Below are positions 37,368-50,100 of a DNA stretch of 64,000 nucleotides, in pieces (the first letter of the stretch is position 1; every line of letters begins with the position of its first letter). The notes under the pieces were generated by a model. It saw only the letters and a list, made by a program, of their open reading frames with translations, was not told the origin of the DNA and searched no databases. The translations under genes and the position numbers were made by a program. The stretch comes from Pecten maximus. Its lineage: Eukaryota. The stretch covers positions 6,076,001 through 6,140,000 of the forward strand of contig NC_047019.1 in NCBI RefSeq assembly GCF_902652985.1, in the 5' to 3' direction.

Positions 37368-40300
37368 ATGGCGGAGTTAAAGAGAGTCGCTTGTGAAGCG
37401 ATCGACAGGGTAGCTTTGGATCTAAACAATATCAGTCAGGAATTATGGAAGAATCCAGAATTGAACTACAACGAGCACCATGCTCACACCATACTGACTG
37501 ATTTCCTGGAGAATCAAGGATTTCACGTGGAGAGGAAGTACAAACTCGATACGGCTTTCCGGGCCACATTCGGTGACGATAGCGCGGGTCCACATGTGGC
37601 GGTGTTGTGTGAGTATGACGCGCTGCCAGAGATTGGTCACGCATGTGGACACAACCTGATAGCAGAAGTGGGCGTGGCAGCCGGGGTTGGAATCAAGGCT
37701 GTCATGGAAACATCCGGGCAACCTATCGGCAAGGTAGGCTGGAAGTAAACAAACATTTAAAAGTACGTGAATCATGCGAATATTTTCTTAAGCAGATAAC
37801 TATGTCTGTTTATTAATAAATTGTCAATAGTGTACCATCGTGGGCTGCACGATGATAATAGAAAATATGTAATAATATCGATGAATATGAATATTACGGT
37901 CTGCATTTTTATACTCTAATTGATAAGTTGATTATGTTTTTCCAATTCACAGAAATAAACTTCTCGTTTTATCACAAATATCACATTGATTTGTCACCGT
38001 CACTGAAAATGATTTTTTTTTTATCGTACAGAAGTTTGGGACAGGGCATTATAATTTACATAAATGACAAGAAGGCAGTCTGTATAGGTTTATTGTTTTT
38101 TGTTTATGTTTTTTTGGGTTTTTTTTTTTGACGATTACATAAAATATCTTCAACGACACATGTTCTAATTTCTTATATCTGTAGAATAAAGCAATTCTGA
38201 TTCTTAATTAGAACTGTGCACGGTCATCAACTAGCGTAGCTCCTGTCCGGCACACCGTTTTTTCTGCTGCCCTGTACGGGATCTTCTTCCGTTTCCGGTT
38301 CAACTTTTTCTAATGCCTAATTCCTAGTTAACTGCAATATAAATAATACTTGTATAGGAATTATACCAAGCTGATTTGGGGCGGACATTCCTTGATAGGA
38401 TATTTTGTGCCGTACATCGTGAGCTCGTAAAAACACATTGTGATTTTTTTTCATATTAAAGAAATAGGGAGTTCCAAACACAATGTATAATTGGTTAGTC
38501 AATGTAATATATGACTGTTGAGAAATAGGAAGTTCTTATTCGTGGTTTGACATTCCAGACAGTAACACACACCTTTATACTGGTATATATTAGCCTACTA
38601 TTGACTTTACTTTACTTACATGTTGTTTATATAAAATGTTTATCTAATTTTAACTTATAATTTGATAATCTGCTTGTTGGTATATACTTGATGTCTTTTA
38701 TGTGCCCCAAAGACAGTGATCTCATGCCATGGCGCAGCCTTTTTTCGTCTGGTGTCCGTAAACAATCTCTACTTGTCCTTAATAACAGAATGGATTATGA
38801 TAAAAACTCTGAAGTATTACTGAGAAAAGAATACTCAACTGTTCAATAAACAGAGAGTCTGACTCCCTGGTGGGTGGGTTTGAAGGGAAAACGGGAAATA
38901 GACGTAATCCTTTTTAATTTTTTTCTTTTGCATTGCGTAATAGATTTTTGAGTTTTTGATAAATGAACTTTGACATTAATTCAAAATTGTAATTCCAACT
39001 GAAAATTATCAAAGTTTATGATGGCATATTTGATGATGTGTGTAATGTCATTGGATGGTTGTAATTTAGGATTACGTGATTAAAATCATTTGTGTTTCTG
39101 ATTATAGCAAGAATTGGAAGGTAAATTGTTTTTATATAGCTCATAAGTATATCCTACAGAGGGGACAGAAGGGAAAGAGAATGTAAAAATGACTATTTAA
39201 GTTAATTTCTTTTTAAATGAATTTTCGCAGAGGTTTAAGATGGGAATATATTTGCTATACAATTTGAATTATATTAATTATTATTGCTGTTTAGACATAA
39301 TCCCTCAATATTTAGGTTTACTGACTAGCTGCATTTATTCATCTACTAGTTGTGCGTGTTGGGTACACCAGCTGAGGAAGGCGGCAATGGGAAGGGACAT
39401 CTTTTAAAAAGCGGCGCGTTCACCGAGTTTGACGTCGTGATGATGTCACATCCGTTTCCATATGACGATGCTCGGCCACAGAATCTTATATCAGTTGATA
39501 TGTACGTGAGGTTTTCTATCTACTGAAAGTTTATCATTTACTATGTAATCAGATTTTCACACCTCTGAATTCCTCTTAGGGCATGGAGTCAAAGGAAAAC
39601 TCCTACCATTGCATATTTCATAAACTGTCCTGCAACACACTATTTCAAAATATTTACTTTGATGAAATCTCGTAGAGATTCTGGGCTACAAGATTATAGG
39701 ATTCAATGTCTTATTGAGGAATATTTTAACATTGAGAAGCTAAAAATGTTTACAGTCGGTATATTCTGTGTTTTTGTTAATAATGCAGTCATATCCTTTC
39801 ATCCGGGCTTTGACCTAGATTCCCATGGAAGATAGAGCCTTTGTAAACATAACTAAATTGGTGGTATTGTTATACGTGCTGTAGCTGATGGTGCTAGGAA
39901 CTCGGCAGAAGAAGGAGGTGGCGGGAAAATCCTTCTCATCGATAAACATGGATTTGATAATATTGACGTGGCGATGATGTCACATCCGGCACCAAGAGAT
40001 ATTTTAAACCCACCAATGTTTGCCCGTCAGAGGTTTGCGAATCTCAATATCCCAATACCTACAATATGTTTCGGCTTTATTCGCTGCTGTTGCTTTATTT
40101 TAATCGGTATATACTATGAAGGCGATCCTAAACAATCTTGCTTGTATGTCGATATGTTTGGTAGCATATTTCACTATATCACTTTAAAGCCATGTGTACG
40201 TTGATACTGTCACCATCCAACATAACTATGGCCCCGTGGTCTCCTAATGCCGTATATGCATGCAGGTTATTAATGCTCTGAATATTACGCTTCGTGTCCT

Positions 40301-43300
40301 TTGGGATATTCCCTGTTTCCTTTCCTGGAATAGTCTCTATGCAAAGACTGTTCCTGTTCTCATTCAAGCTATTATTGGCAGATAACTGTTATGGGGACCC
40401 CAGACGAGGAAAACGAAGGAGGTAAATTTTGCTACAAAAAGAAGCGTTTGAGAAAGTTGATGTAGCTATAATGTCACATCCTGGACCTAGTGACGCCCTG
40501 CTTCCAAACACAATGGCACTGGATTGGTCAGTTGTAGAAATAAATGTCCATGAATAATCGTAAAAGCAGTCCGATTGGTTGGCATTATAGGTATTGTTGA
40601 CATGTTCCCGCCACTTCTCAATAGACATATATAATCATATATTTAATCAGAATACACAGATTTATTTATATCTTTACCATTGTAGCAATTTCTATAACAA
40701 CAGAAAATGTCGTTCTGCTGATTATTTCAAATATGTTCCACTATACACATGTATTACATCTGATATATTTAAAGTGTCACATTTGCGGGGAACGCTTAGA
40801 TAGTAGTAATGACACTCTTTGCTTCCAGGGTAACCGTGACGTATAAGGGCAAGGCAAGTCACGCCGCGGCATTTCCCTGGGAAGGCATCAACGCGCTGGA
40901 CGCGGCAGTCACGTGCTACCAGACCGTGTCCTGCATGCGCCAGCAGATGAAGCCGACATGGAGAGCCCACGGTAATAATTTTAATCACTTTCTCCATGGA
41001 TGAATCATAGACAAATAAATTGACGTTTTGATATACCTTTTCGCCATATATGTTGATACATATGGTACCCAGAGATGTTGGGGATCAGGCGAAGAGGTTT
41101 ATATAATTGATATGGTATTTCGATATATTTGCTACCAAGAGGTGTGTAGCTTTGGCGAATATGTTTATAAAATTGATATGCTAATTTTATACTTTTTAAC
41201 TTGCTCTGCCAACATTAATTGATTACTATTTCCAGTATGTACTTCTTGTGGAGACTTAGGGGCTGCTGTGGCAGATTGGCTAAGGTGTCCCGACACTTTA
41301 TCACTAGCCCTCCACCTCTGGGTTGCGAGTTCGAATCCCACATGGGGCATTTACCTGGTACTGACCGTAGGCCGGGTATCCGGCTCTCCTCAACCTCCAA
41401 AACCTGCCACGTACTTAAATGTCCCTGGCTGTTAATAATACGTTACTTAAATCAAATAAACCAATTGTTAAGAATGTAGGTACTATTTTATATTAATTTT
41501 TTGTAGGATTAATGTAGTTTTAGTTTGATCATGTTCTATGAAATTATGTTAATCACGATATAAATGTAATTTTCCTGGTGTAATTACTGCTATAGGAATA
41601 ATCACAAAAGGTGGAGTTAGGCCAAATATCATACCGGAAGAGGCTTCGTTGGAATATTACATCCGGGCACCAAATAGGGCGGAGCTTAATGTGTTGCGGG
41701 AAAAGATAATTGGTTGTTTTGAAAGTGCAGCGACAGCAACAGGATGCAAGGTAGTGCGCGATGTTAAACACATATGTTGTCCATATTAAATAACATTTAT
41801 TCGTCTAGATTTAAAATGGTAATATAAATAATTGGACCGGAGTAGCAAAAAGCAAAAAAGTATATAAATAATGGAGTTTTATTATTTCATTTCTTATCAG
41901 GTTGAGTACGACTTCTCAGATATGCCATATTTAAATGTCATTAGTAACCAAGCTCTGGCTTCGTCATTCGAGACAAACGCCAAGATACTGGGGCTAGATT
42001 TCAAGAAGCATGGATTGCCTACAGACAATATTCCCTTGGGATCAACCGATATGGGAAACGTGTCATACGTTGTCCCTAGTATACACCCATTCTTTTACAT
42101 TGGGACAGACGAGGTCAACCACACTAGGGGCTTTACTGGGGCTACAGGTAAGGTGAATCAAACTAAGGGCTTTATTGGGGCTACAGGTAAGTCAATCAAA
42201 CCTCAATATAGGCTTTATTGGTGAGGGAATTCATTGGTGCTACAGGTATGGGACTATATGTAGGTATACCCAAACACAATATGAGATTTCCTTGTGTAAG
42301 AGGTAAGATGAACCACGCGAGAGAATTCACCGGTGCTACAGCTATGGAAACCACACTAGGGGCTTCAACAAGGCAACAGGTAAGGTCAACCATACAAGGG
42401 GCTTTACTGGTACTACAGGTAAGGTCAAACACACTAAGGGCTTCATCAAGTCTATAGAATCTTACACATTTTTCAAATTTACCTTCTCTGGGACAGGATA
42501 GGACCATAGGGTATGATGTCCAAATAGGAAGTGGCTGGCTGCAAGTATTGGGCTGATAGGTCAAGTCTTCTATTGGTACCGAAGATGGAGATTCATATTA
42601 GAAAAAAACATGAAAATTGAAACAAATTTTTGATTAATATATAAATATCTTGATGAATTTTGAATCCAGACAGATGTCTTTTGGTCATACAAGAGTATTG
42701 ATATTGTACTACTAAAAAATATAAACAAATAAGATATAGCCTGAAGATGAAGGGGAGATAACTCCATGCTATCTCCCCACCCCCCAACCCACCCCTTATT
42801 ACTCGACTTAATCTAAAAAAAACTAGGACAAGAGCAATTATTTATATAATTGAGTCAAAACACACACAGGACAGTGGGCCGGGCTAGGGACAACAGAACT
42901 ACCAAAATAACCACCAAAAATCGAACCGGGGTAGTGACAACAGAACAACCAATCACATCACCGAACACCGAACCGGGCTTGGGACAAGAGTACAACCAGA
43001 AAAACCACCAAACATCGAACCGGGGTACTGTCTACAGAACAACCAGACATACTACGGGACTACAAAACACGCTTCATACAGCTACCACTGAAATAAATAC
43101 TATATTTTCGTATTATTCTGATCTATGACCCCCTTTACACTCTACACATGCCCATATTTTCATTATAAACAATCTCAGAATCTGATTTCCTGCTTAAATT
43201 CTGCCAAAATACCTTCATGATGAAAATCCCAGCCGAACATGTTCAGATGGGTCCCGTCATCTGGTGTCCAGGAACGCTGAACGGCATAAAATGTCAAATC

Positions 43301-44431
43301 TGGTAGCTCCCTATAGGGACTACGGAACCAAATGATTTCCCTTAGACGGTAATGTTAACGTTTACCACTGTACTGCTTAAATGGAGTTTTCAACACTGGT
43401 CCAGTAGCCATAATTTTGAAGTATGGCACCTCGGAAACCTCTAAATATAATAATAAAAAATTCTACCAATTTCAACTTTTTTTATATGGGGGCCACCATC
43501 TTGTATTGAATTCAGCACCAAAAATTCATCTAAATTTACAACAAAATATACACTTGCTTAACTCCCCCTGACAAAAACAGGCTAGCAAAAAAACTTTTTT
43601 TTTTCTATATATTTTACATCTATATGTATTGCCCAACCCACATATTAAAACTTTGGAGACTCCTCCCACCAAAATATCCAATTAGTAGGCCCCGATGCAT
43701 TCACCCTCCTATTAAATCTTCAGCCCAAACGGGGAAAACCCACAATCTATTTTCGATTTGGTTCTGTGGCCCCTATAGTTAAGGTCAACCATACAAGGGG
43801 CTTTACTGGGACTACAGGTAAGGTCAATTACACGTGGGACTTTATCAAGGCTACAGGTAAGGCCAACCATACTAGGGGGGGGGGGGGGGGTCAGTGGGGC
43901 TTCATGCAAGGTAACAAACTATTACATCTACTTACCTACATCAATACGGTGTTTTCTCTTTTCAAAAATGTTTTGAATTAAAATCAACAACATTGGTATG
44001 TTTATGTCCGGAATCATTTGTTTCCGATAAGGTCCATTCCCATTCAAGCACTTAGGATGTATATTTGATTGTCTCTTAACGCTTCCAATTCTTACAGTCA
44101 TCTCCATGCGATGAATTCAATGTTTAAATCATTTAAAGTTAACAACAGTTACGTTAAGGTTTTATAGAAGATATGTACATATGCGATAAGTAATGTCATT
44201 ATAACCGTACGTATGGGTGTACATTGACTTTCCATAGTGTTTCCTTTTACTGCTTATTGTAAAATATAAAAACACAATTTATTCACCCCAAAAGGTGCCG
44301 CTGCCGCCCAGCCGTATACCATACTACAGGGAAAGGCAATGGCGATGACAGCAATAGACGTCTTCACAAACAAAGATCTTTTACCCAGAATCAAAACTGA
44401 ATTCGACGATGAACCACAGAGGAAGGATTAA
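37368..44431 (+). CDS. PM20D2: PM20D2-like M20 peptidase, copy 4. Exons 37368-37733, [2a 39350-39501 intact | 2b 39885-40032 | 2c 40382-40526], 40829-40971, 41596-41750, 41901-42147, 44295-44431
   Basis: Open frame only through exon 2a ([50 protein letters not shown]). Confidence 0.88.
39885..40032 (+). pseudogene. Alternative exon 2b of copy 4, 1-bp deletion
   Basis: ggaactcggcagaa versus ggaactccggcagaa; 148 nt. Confidence 0.82.
40382..40526 (+). pseudogene. Alternative exon 2c of copy 4, 4-bp deletion
   Basis: ggtaaattttgcta versus ggtaaattaattttgcta in copy 1; 145 nt. Confidence 0.82.
41259..41462 (+). mobile_element. tRNA-derived SINE in intron 3 of copy 4, same insertion site as in copy 1
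   Basis: B-box gttcgaatcc; flanks match those around 3281-3498. Confidence 0.8.
42117..43915 (+). repeat. Degenerate exon-5/donor repeats of copy 4 (42117-~42450 and ~43780-43915), split by a ~1.3-kb unrelated insertion
   Basis: aaggtcaaccatacaaggggctttactgg occurs on both sides of 42455-43775. Confidence 0.75.
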
Positions 44432-44538
44432 TATCATCTGTGTGTGCGTTAATGAAAATATCAAAGTTGTGATAACATTCAATACAGCATTGTATTTTAG
44501 TTCATTTAAATCTTCCTGATCAGTCATTAATTGTGTTT

Positions 44539-45000
44539 TCTACCACAATACACTGTGTCATTCGACTCTCAGACCATCAGTTAATCATTACAGCTGTTGA
44601 TTAACAATCTGTTTATACCACACGTGGTATAAACTCTGTACGCATTTTGCTTGGCTAACACGGTGAACTTTGATCCAAGCTGCAATTGTTATTGACGTCA
44701 TCAATAATCTTATGATGTCACATCACCGGGTCCCGGACGTCACCGGTACACTTTATTTGCATACGCGAAATTATGCTTGGCCACGTTTCCCTTTGATTCA
44801 AGCCGATATTATTGTGGTAGAAACAGGTCACACGACTCAAAATTGTTGGATATGGAATTTATTTCACACTCGTAAGTTATTTTTTAAAAGTTGCAAAAAA
44901 CACTCGCTAAAGCTCGTGTCTTTTGTAACTTTTAAAAAAATAACTTACTCGTGTGAAATAAATTCCATATCCAACAACCACTCTTTGTGTAACCTTTATG
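44539..45000. mobile_element. ~460-bp insertion with terminal hairpin (44843-44976) downstream of the copy 4 stop codon
   Basis: Absent at the homologous position of copy 1 (~4830); ttgttggatatggaatttatttcacac...gtgtgaaataaattccatatccaacaa. Confidence 0.75.
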
Positions 45001-45677
45001 TATGACATACTGATAAACATATGAATAATGACACTAACACAAATAAAAGAAATGGTGATTTATTTTAGTTGTTTTTGCCGAATTTTTAATCTTTGTGAAT
45101 AAACTTACTTCATGATATTCTAAATATTTTGTGTTAATCTATCATTGTTTAACGCTACGTTTCCACATCACTTGACACAGACACAGGCTAATCGCCAACA
45201 TTGAACCTGAAGATCCACATAAAATAGCATCAATTGTGTACAGATGGATATTGGCTGACTTCCGATAAATATGCAGCCTTTTCCTTTTGGTGGGGGTAGC
45301 TGTGATCATCAGCTGTATAGCGTTAGAATTAACACACTTGAGTTCTCACTTTTTGATCTTCATGGCTGTCTAAAATTAACACTGTAGAGGTATACGTCTA
45401 ATTTGACGGATTAACTTTTGTAAAGTTACGAGAATTTGAGAATTATTCCGATATGCTAGAGATCGAAACATCCTGGAGATGTCTAATTTCAGGGTATCGT
45501 GATACAGAAAAAAAATGGCCGACAGATTTTTTTCATATCAGTCACGGGTAGCAGGCCTCCTTAATAGAAATATAACCCTGTTTTACTGGTAATGATGTCA
45601 TAGGTGGTAGTAGATGAGCAAGAGGGATAGGTTATTCGTTCGAAGTGGTGATAGTCATCACATATACATGTTCCGAT

Positions 45678-46075
45678 ATATAGAGAATACATGGTCAGTG
45701 TCTTAAAATATAAGCTGTATTTTGGCGAGGGTAAAGAAAGACAAAAGTGGCGAGCCTTGGCGAGCCACTTTTGTCTTTCTGTCCCGAGCCAAAAATACAG
45801 CTTGTATTTTAAGACATTGACCATGTATTCTATTTATCCTGCAACAGTCATAAAAATACTTATAAAAAATAATTATTTTGAAGTGAAACGGCGTCAAAAA
45901 TGATAGAAATATGTTCGCCTTTTAAACGTAGTTTCACTTTGAAGTAGGTCAGTCGAACTGACGCACGTGCTAAGATTCCAAAATACAGCTGTTTTCCGTC
46001 ACTGCCGTATACAGCAAAAATATATACGGTGGGTGTATTCCGACAATGCGGTGGCAGTTGCAGGATAAATATATA
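45678..46075. mobile_element. Non-autonomous element with terminal hairpin (45680-45836) and a short inverted repeat at the other end
   Basis: gaatacatggtca...tgaccatgtattc hairpin; tatttatcctgcaac (45831) is inverted as gttgcaggataaata (46057). Confidence 0.7.
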
Positions 46076-47140
46076 TTGGTGATGTGCGATTCGGTTCAGT
46101 AGTCACACAGCAAGCTATACTGTATAGACAAATATAACAATAGACAAATGATAACCAGTAATCCCATTGAGATTTGAAATAGGCTGTTTATTGCAAAAAC
46201 GACATAAAATTTAATAATGATGTACATATATACAATAAATGCCTCATCACACTGACCAAAAATGCATGTAGTCATCATGATGTATACGACTATTGTAGTA
46301 GGAGAATTAGGATTGGGTGTGGGGGTAGGGGTAGGGTGTGTGAAAAACAAAACACCTCACAAAGAGTTCTGCATTGTAACTATATTCTAAACACAACTCT
46401 CTGTGGACACCACAATGCATTTACAATAGAAGCATTTCCTACACATTAATAACCTCTGGGCTGCAAGGACATTATTTGGCATTAGATGACCTATTAATTC
46501 AGTACTTTATTTACAGTAGTGTAGGTTGGGATTCCTCTATATTTATACAGATTTACAATGTACATCAACTTGATTATTTTAATATAACGTAAACAATCAC
46601 AACCTGGTAACCTATATACAATACGCACAACATGAATATTCATCCCTGTTACTGAGAATACATTATTTATTTACTATGGAAACAAATAATCAATAAATCA
46701 ACAACATTACCACATGTTGTATATGACGACATTTATTTAGTCATAATACTAAAGCGTAATTTAAGTAATTATATCTACTCTGAATTAAAACAATAAAACG
46801 TAACAGCATGACTCTTTATTACACGATATATCTACTGAACGCATTGACAAGACAAAGCGTAGTTGACTAGAATTTACAATTTCACATGAAACATTTACAA
46901 TAATATTCTTCTATAGAAAACGATAAAAAAAGAACATTTATTTCAATATACTAGTAAAAAAATGAATATTTCGTAAAGGATTACTTACATTTATGATGCA
47001 TATCTGTACTACATTTTCGACACGTATTAGAACGATTACCAGCCCGGGACTCCATACAATATTTCGGCAAGGTTGTGTATTATATATACACCACTGAACA
47101 CAATATTATCACCAACAGTTATCAGACAAACTGATACAAC

Positions 47141-50100
47141 ATGGCGGAGTTAAAGAAAGTCGCTTGTGAAGCGATCGACAGGGTAGCTTCGGAACTAAAC
47201 AATATCAGTCAGGAATTATGGAAGAATCCAGAGATGAACTTCAAAGAGCACCATGCTCACACCATACTGACTGATTTCCTGGAGAATCAAGGACTTCACG
47301 TGGAGAGGAAGTACAAACTCGACACGGCTTTCCGGGCCACATTCGGTGACGATAGCGCGGGTCCACATGTGGCGGTGTTGTGTGAGTATGACGCGCTGCC
47401 AGAGATTGGTCACGCATGTGGACACAACCTGATAGCAGAACTGGGCGTGGCAGCCGGGGTTGGAATCAAGGCTGCCATGGAAACATCCGGGCAACCTATC
47501 GGCAAGGTAGGCGGGAACAAAACAGATATCAAAATAGTAGATAAATCATGCGAATATTATCAATATATATAATTTAAGTCTGTGTTATAAGAAATATCCA
47601 GTGACCAATATAGAACCATGGTGGTCTGCATCATAATAATAAAAAATATTCGATGGTATAAATGAATTCGGATATCACGTTCTGCATTTTAAACTCTGAT
47701 TGATTGGTTGATTATATTTCTCTAATTCACAGCAATAAAATTATTTATGCATATCACTGTATTTAGTCTTCGGCGTCACTAAAAAGGTGATTTTATCTCA
47801 CAGAAATGCATACGATATTTCATAATTTGCATAAATGACAAAACAAATTTGTTTAGGAAAACTATTTTCTATGTATTCTAAAATATTCCAAAGACACATG
47901 TTCGAGTTTCTTTTCAATGAAGTGTTGCAGATACTGCAGACTTTGCACGATGCTCACCTCAATTTAAAATCTGACCGGCACATCCTTTTCTGATTCCCTG
48001 AACGCGTTCTCCTTCCACTTCCAATCAATTTTTCCCAATGAAGCTCCGCCTGCTTCATATCCAATAGAGTTAAGATGGTACTTGTAATTTTTTAGTGTTT
48101 GATACATGTCAGTAGTGAATGTTATTTACCGTCCTGAATGTAAACGTTTGCCAGCTACCTACAAAGTGATTTTCAATCATACAAGATTATAAATAATACT
48201 TGTATATGAGTTATGCTAAGCTGACTTGGCATAATAGTAAAAGTAAGTAAATTGTTTTCTTCATCATTTGGTTTTCTATGTTATATCCAAATACAAAATA
48301 CATTGTCGTTAACAATAAAATCTTGTTGATCCGCAGATACGAAATACGAATTTGTGACTGTTAAGAAATAGGAAGTTCTCATACAGTGCTCGCTGTCTAA
48401 CATTGCAGACAGTATATTACATATTTATAACCGTATTTGTTAATATATAATACACTTACTTCACTTACATATTGTTTATATAAAATGTTAAACATTTATC
48501 TCATTTATCTTATAATTATTAATCTCCTTATTTGTTTATCGTATGCCATTATGTAGCGTCCGACGCCCGTCTGACGTTCTTAAACAATCGCTACTTGTCT
48601 TGGAAAGCTGAATTGATTTTGACCAAATTAAGTTTGTAGCATTATTCAAGCCGATTGTCTCACTTTCCTCGGGGTTGGTCGGAAGATGATAGAGAGAAAA
48701 GGACTAAATATGTCATTCTTCCTTGGTATTGTCTTGCTCATCTCCACTATTCAAGGCCTCTGATCACGTTTCACTCCACGTTCATGGAGTGAAAGGTAAT
48801 CAGAAGCCTTGGCTAGCGATGGTGGTCGTGTTTAATTTTTGAGAATTTCTTGGAGTATTTAATAGAAGAATTTTGATAAAAAAGAACAGGGAATACATGT
48901 ACTAACAATAAAACATAATCGAATTCCTATTCAAAGTTGTTAGAATGAGGTCAATTTATAACACAAATACAGATTAGCATATAGGCCCCAAAGAAATTGA
49001 CCATATGTTCAGGAAGAGTAAGCGTTTTCTGCTACCCTCGACGACACCAGCCATGCAAATTTAGATCAAATGAGGTATGTATCCTCATTGGGTGAATGTT
49101 TCAATGATAGAACTATTAACGTATGATGGTTTTATGTATGTATGTTCTTCTGATAACGAATGCATTTTTATTTATGCCTTATCATGACTGTAGATGTAGT
49201 TTATAAATATGTATGAACATGTAGCACTACTTAGTAAAGGTACTGATATACAGCTATCCATCTTTGCTCGGATAATATATATAAAATGTCTATCTTGTCA
49301 AGATATCTAGGTGAATGCATGTATGCTCGTTAAGAAACATGTTACGATTAAATGCTTGAATAAGTCAACTTTTAATGTCTGACTGACGTGTATAAATGTT
49401 TTTTTCTGATTATTTTCCTACATGTATAATCTTGGTTGGGGATAACAGATCAAAAATAGGTCTTGTCAAAATATCTAATTAAATGCATGTATGCTGCTTG
49501 ACTTGTGTGTGATGACATTTGCTATGATTTGATGATTGTATAGTTGAATTTTGCATGTATACATGGTTTTATTATTTAAAAAAAAGAATGAAAATGTCTT
49601 TCTTCTCATCCTTTGTCAACTATATCAATTATAAATAATTCAAAAGTATATCCCACTTCTAGAGGGCGAGAGGCGGGCCTGATAGGGGAGGTGGAGTCCT
49701 TTTCAATAAGGATTCCTTTGGATCAGCTTTCAAGTAAGAAACCAGCTGATTCGCGAACAAACTCCCTAACATCCCGAGTATTCAAAGTTTTTTTTATAAA
49801 CGATTTTTATTGTCGAAACTGAATTTTTGCTTCGAGTTAAGAAGCCTTTGAATAATCAAAGTTCGATATAACGAAGTTTGACTATAGCTATCAATTATTC
49901 TGTTTCAATCCGTTTACTTTTTTCTGACTTTTTCCTGTATGTCAACGCTTCTAGACATTAGCATCACCTCACCGACGTGCTATAGAAGACACTAGCAGAA
50001 AGCACGTGCAGAAGATGCCGTCGTGAAAACTGACGAGTGATATAAGTGATATTTGACTCCTGTGAAATTCCCTGACTGCATATCATGACGATATATTGTA

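Noticed and set aside
526-47494. Recurrent antisense ORFs over exon 1 of each paralog
   Set aside because: They are shadows of the conserved sense exon, with inconsistent starts and stops.
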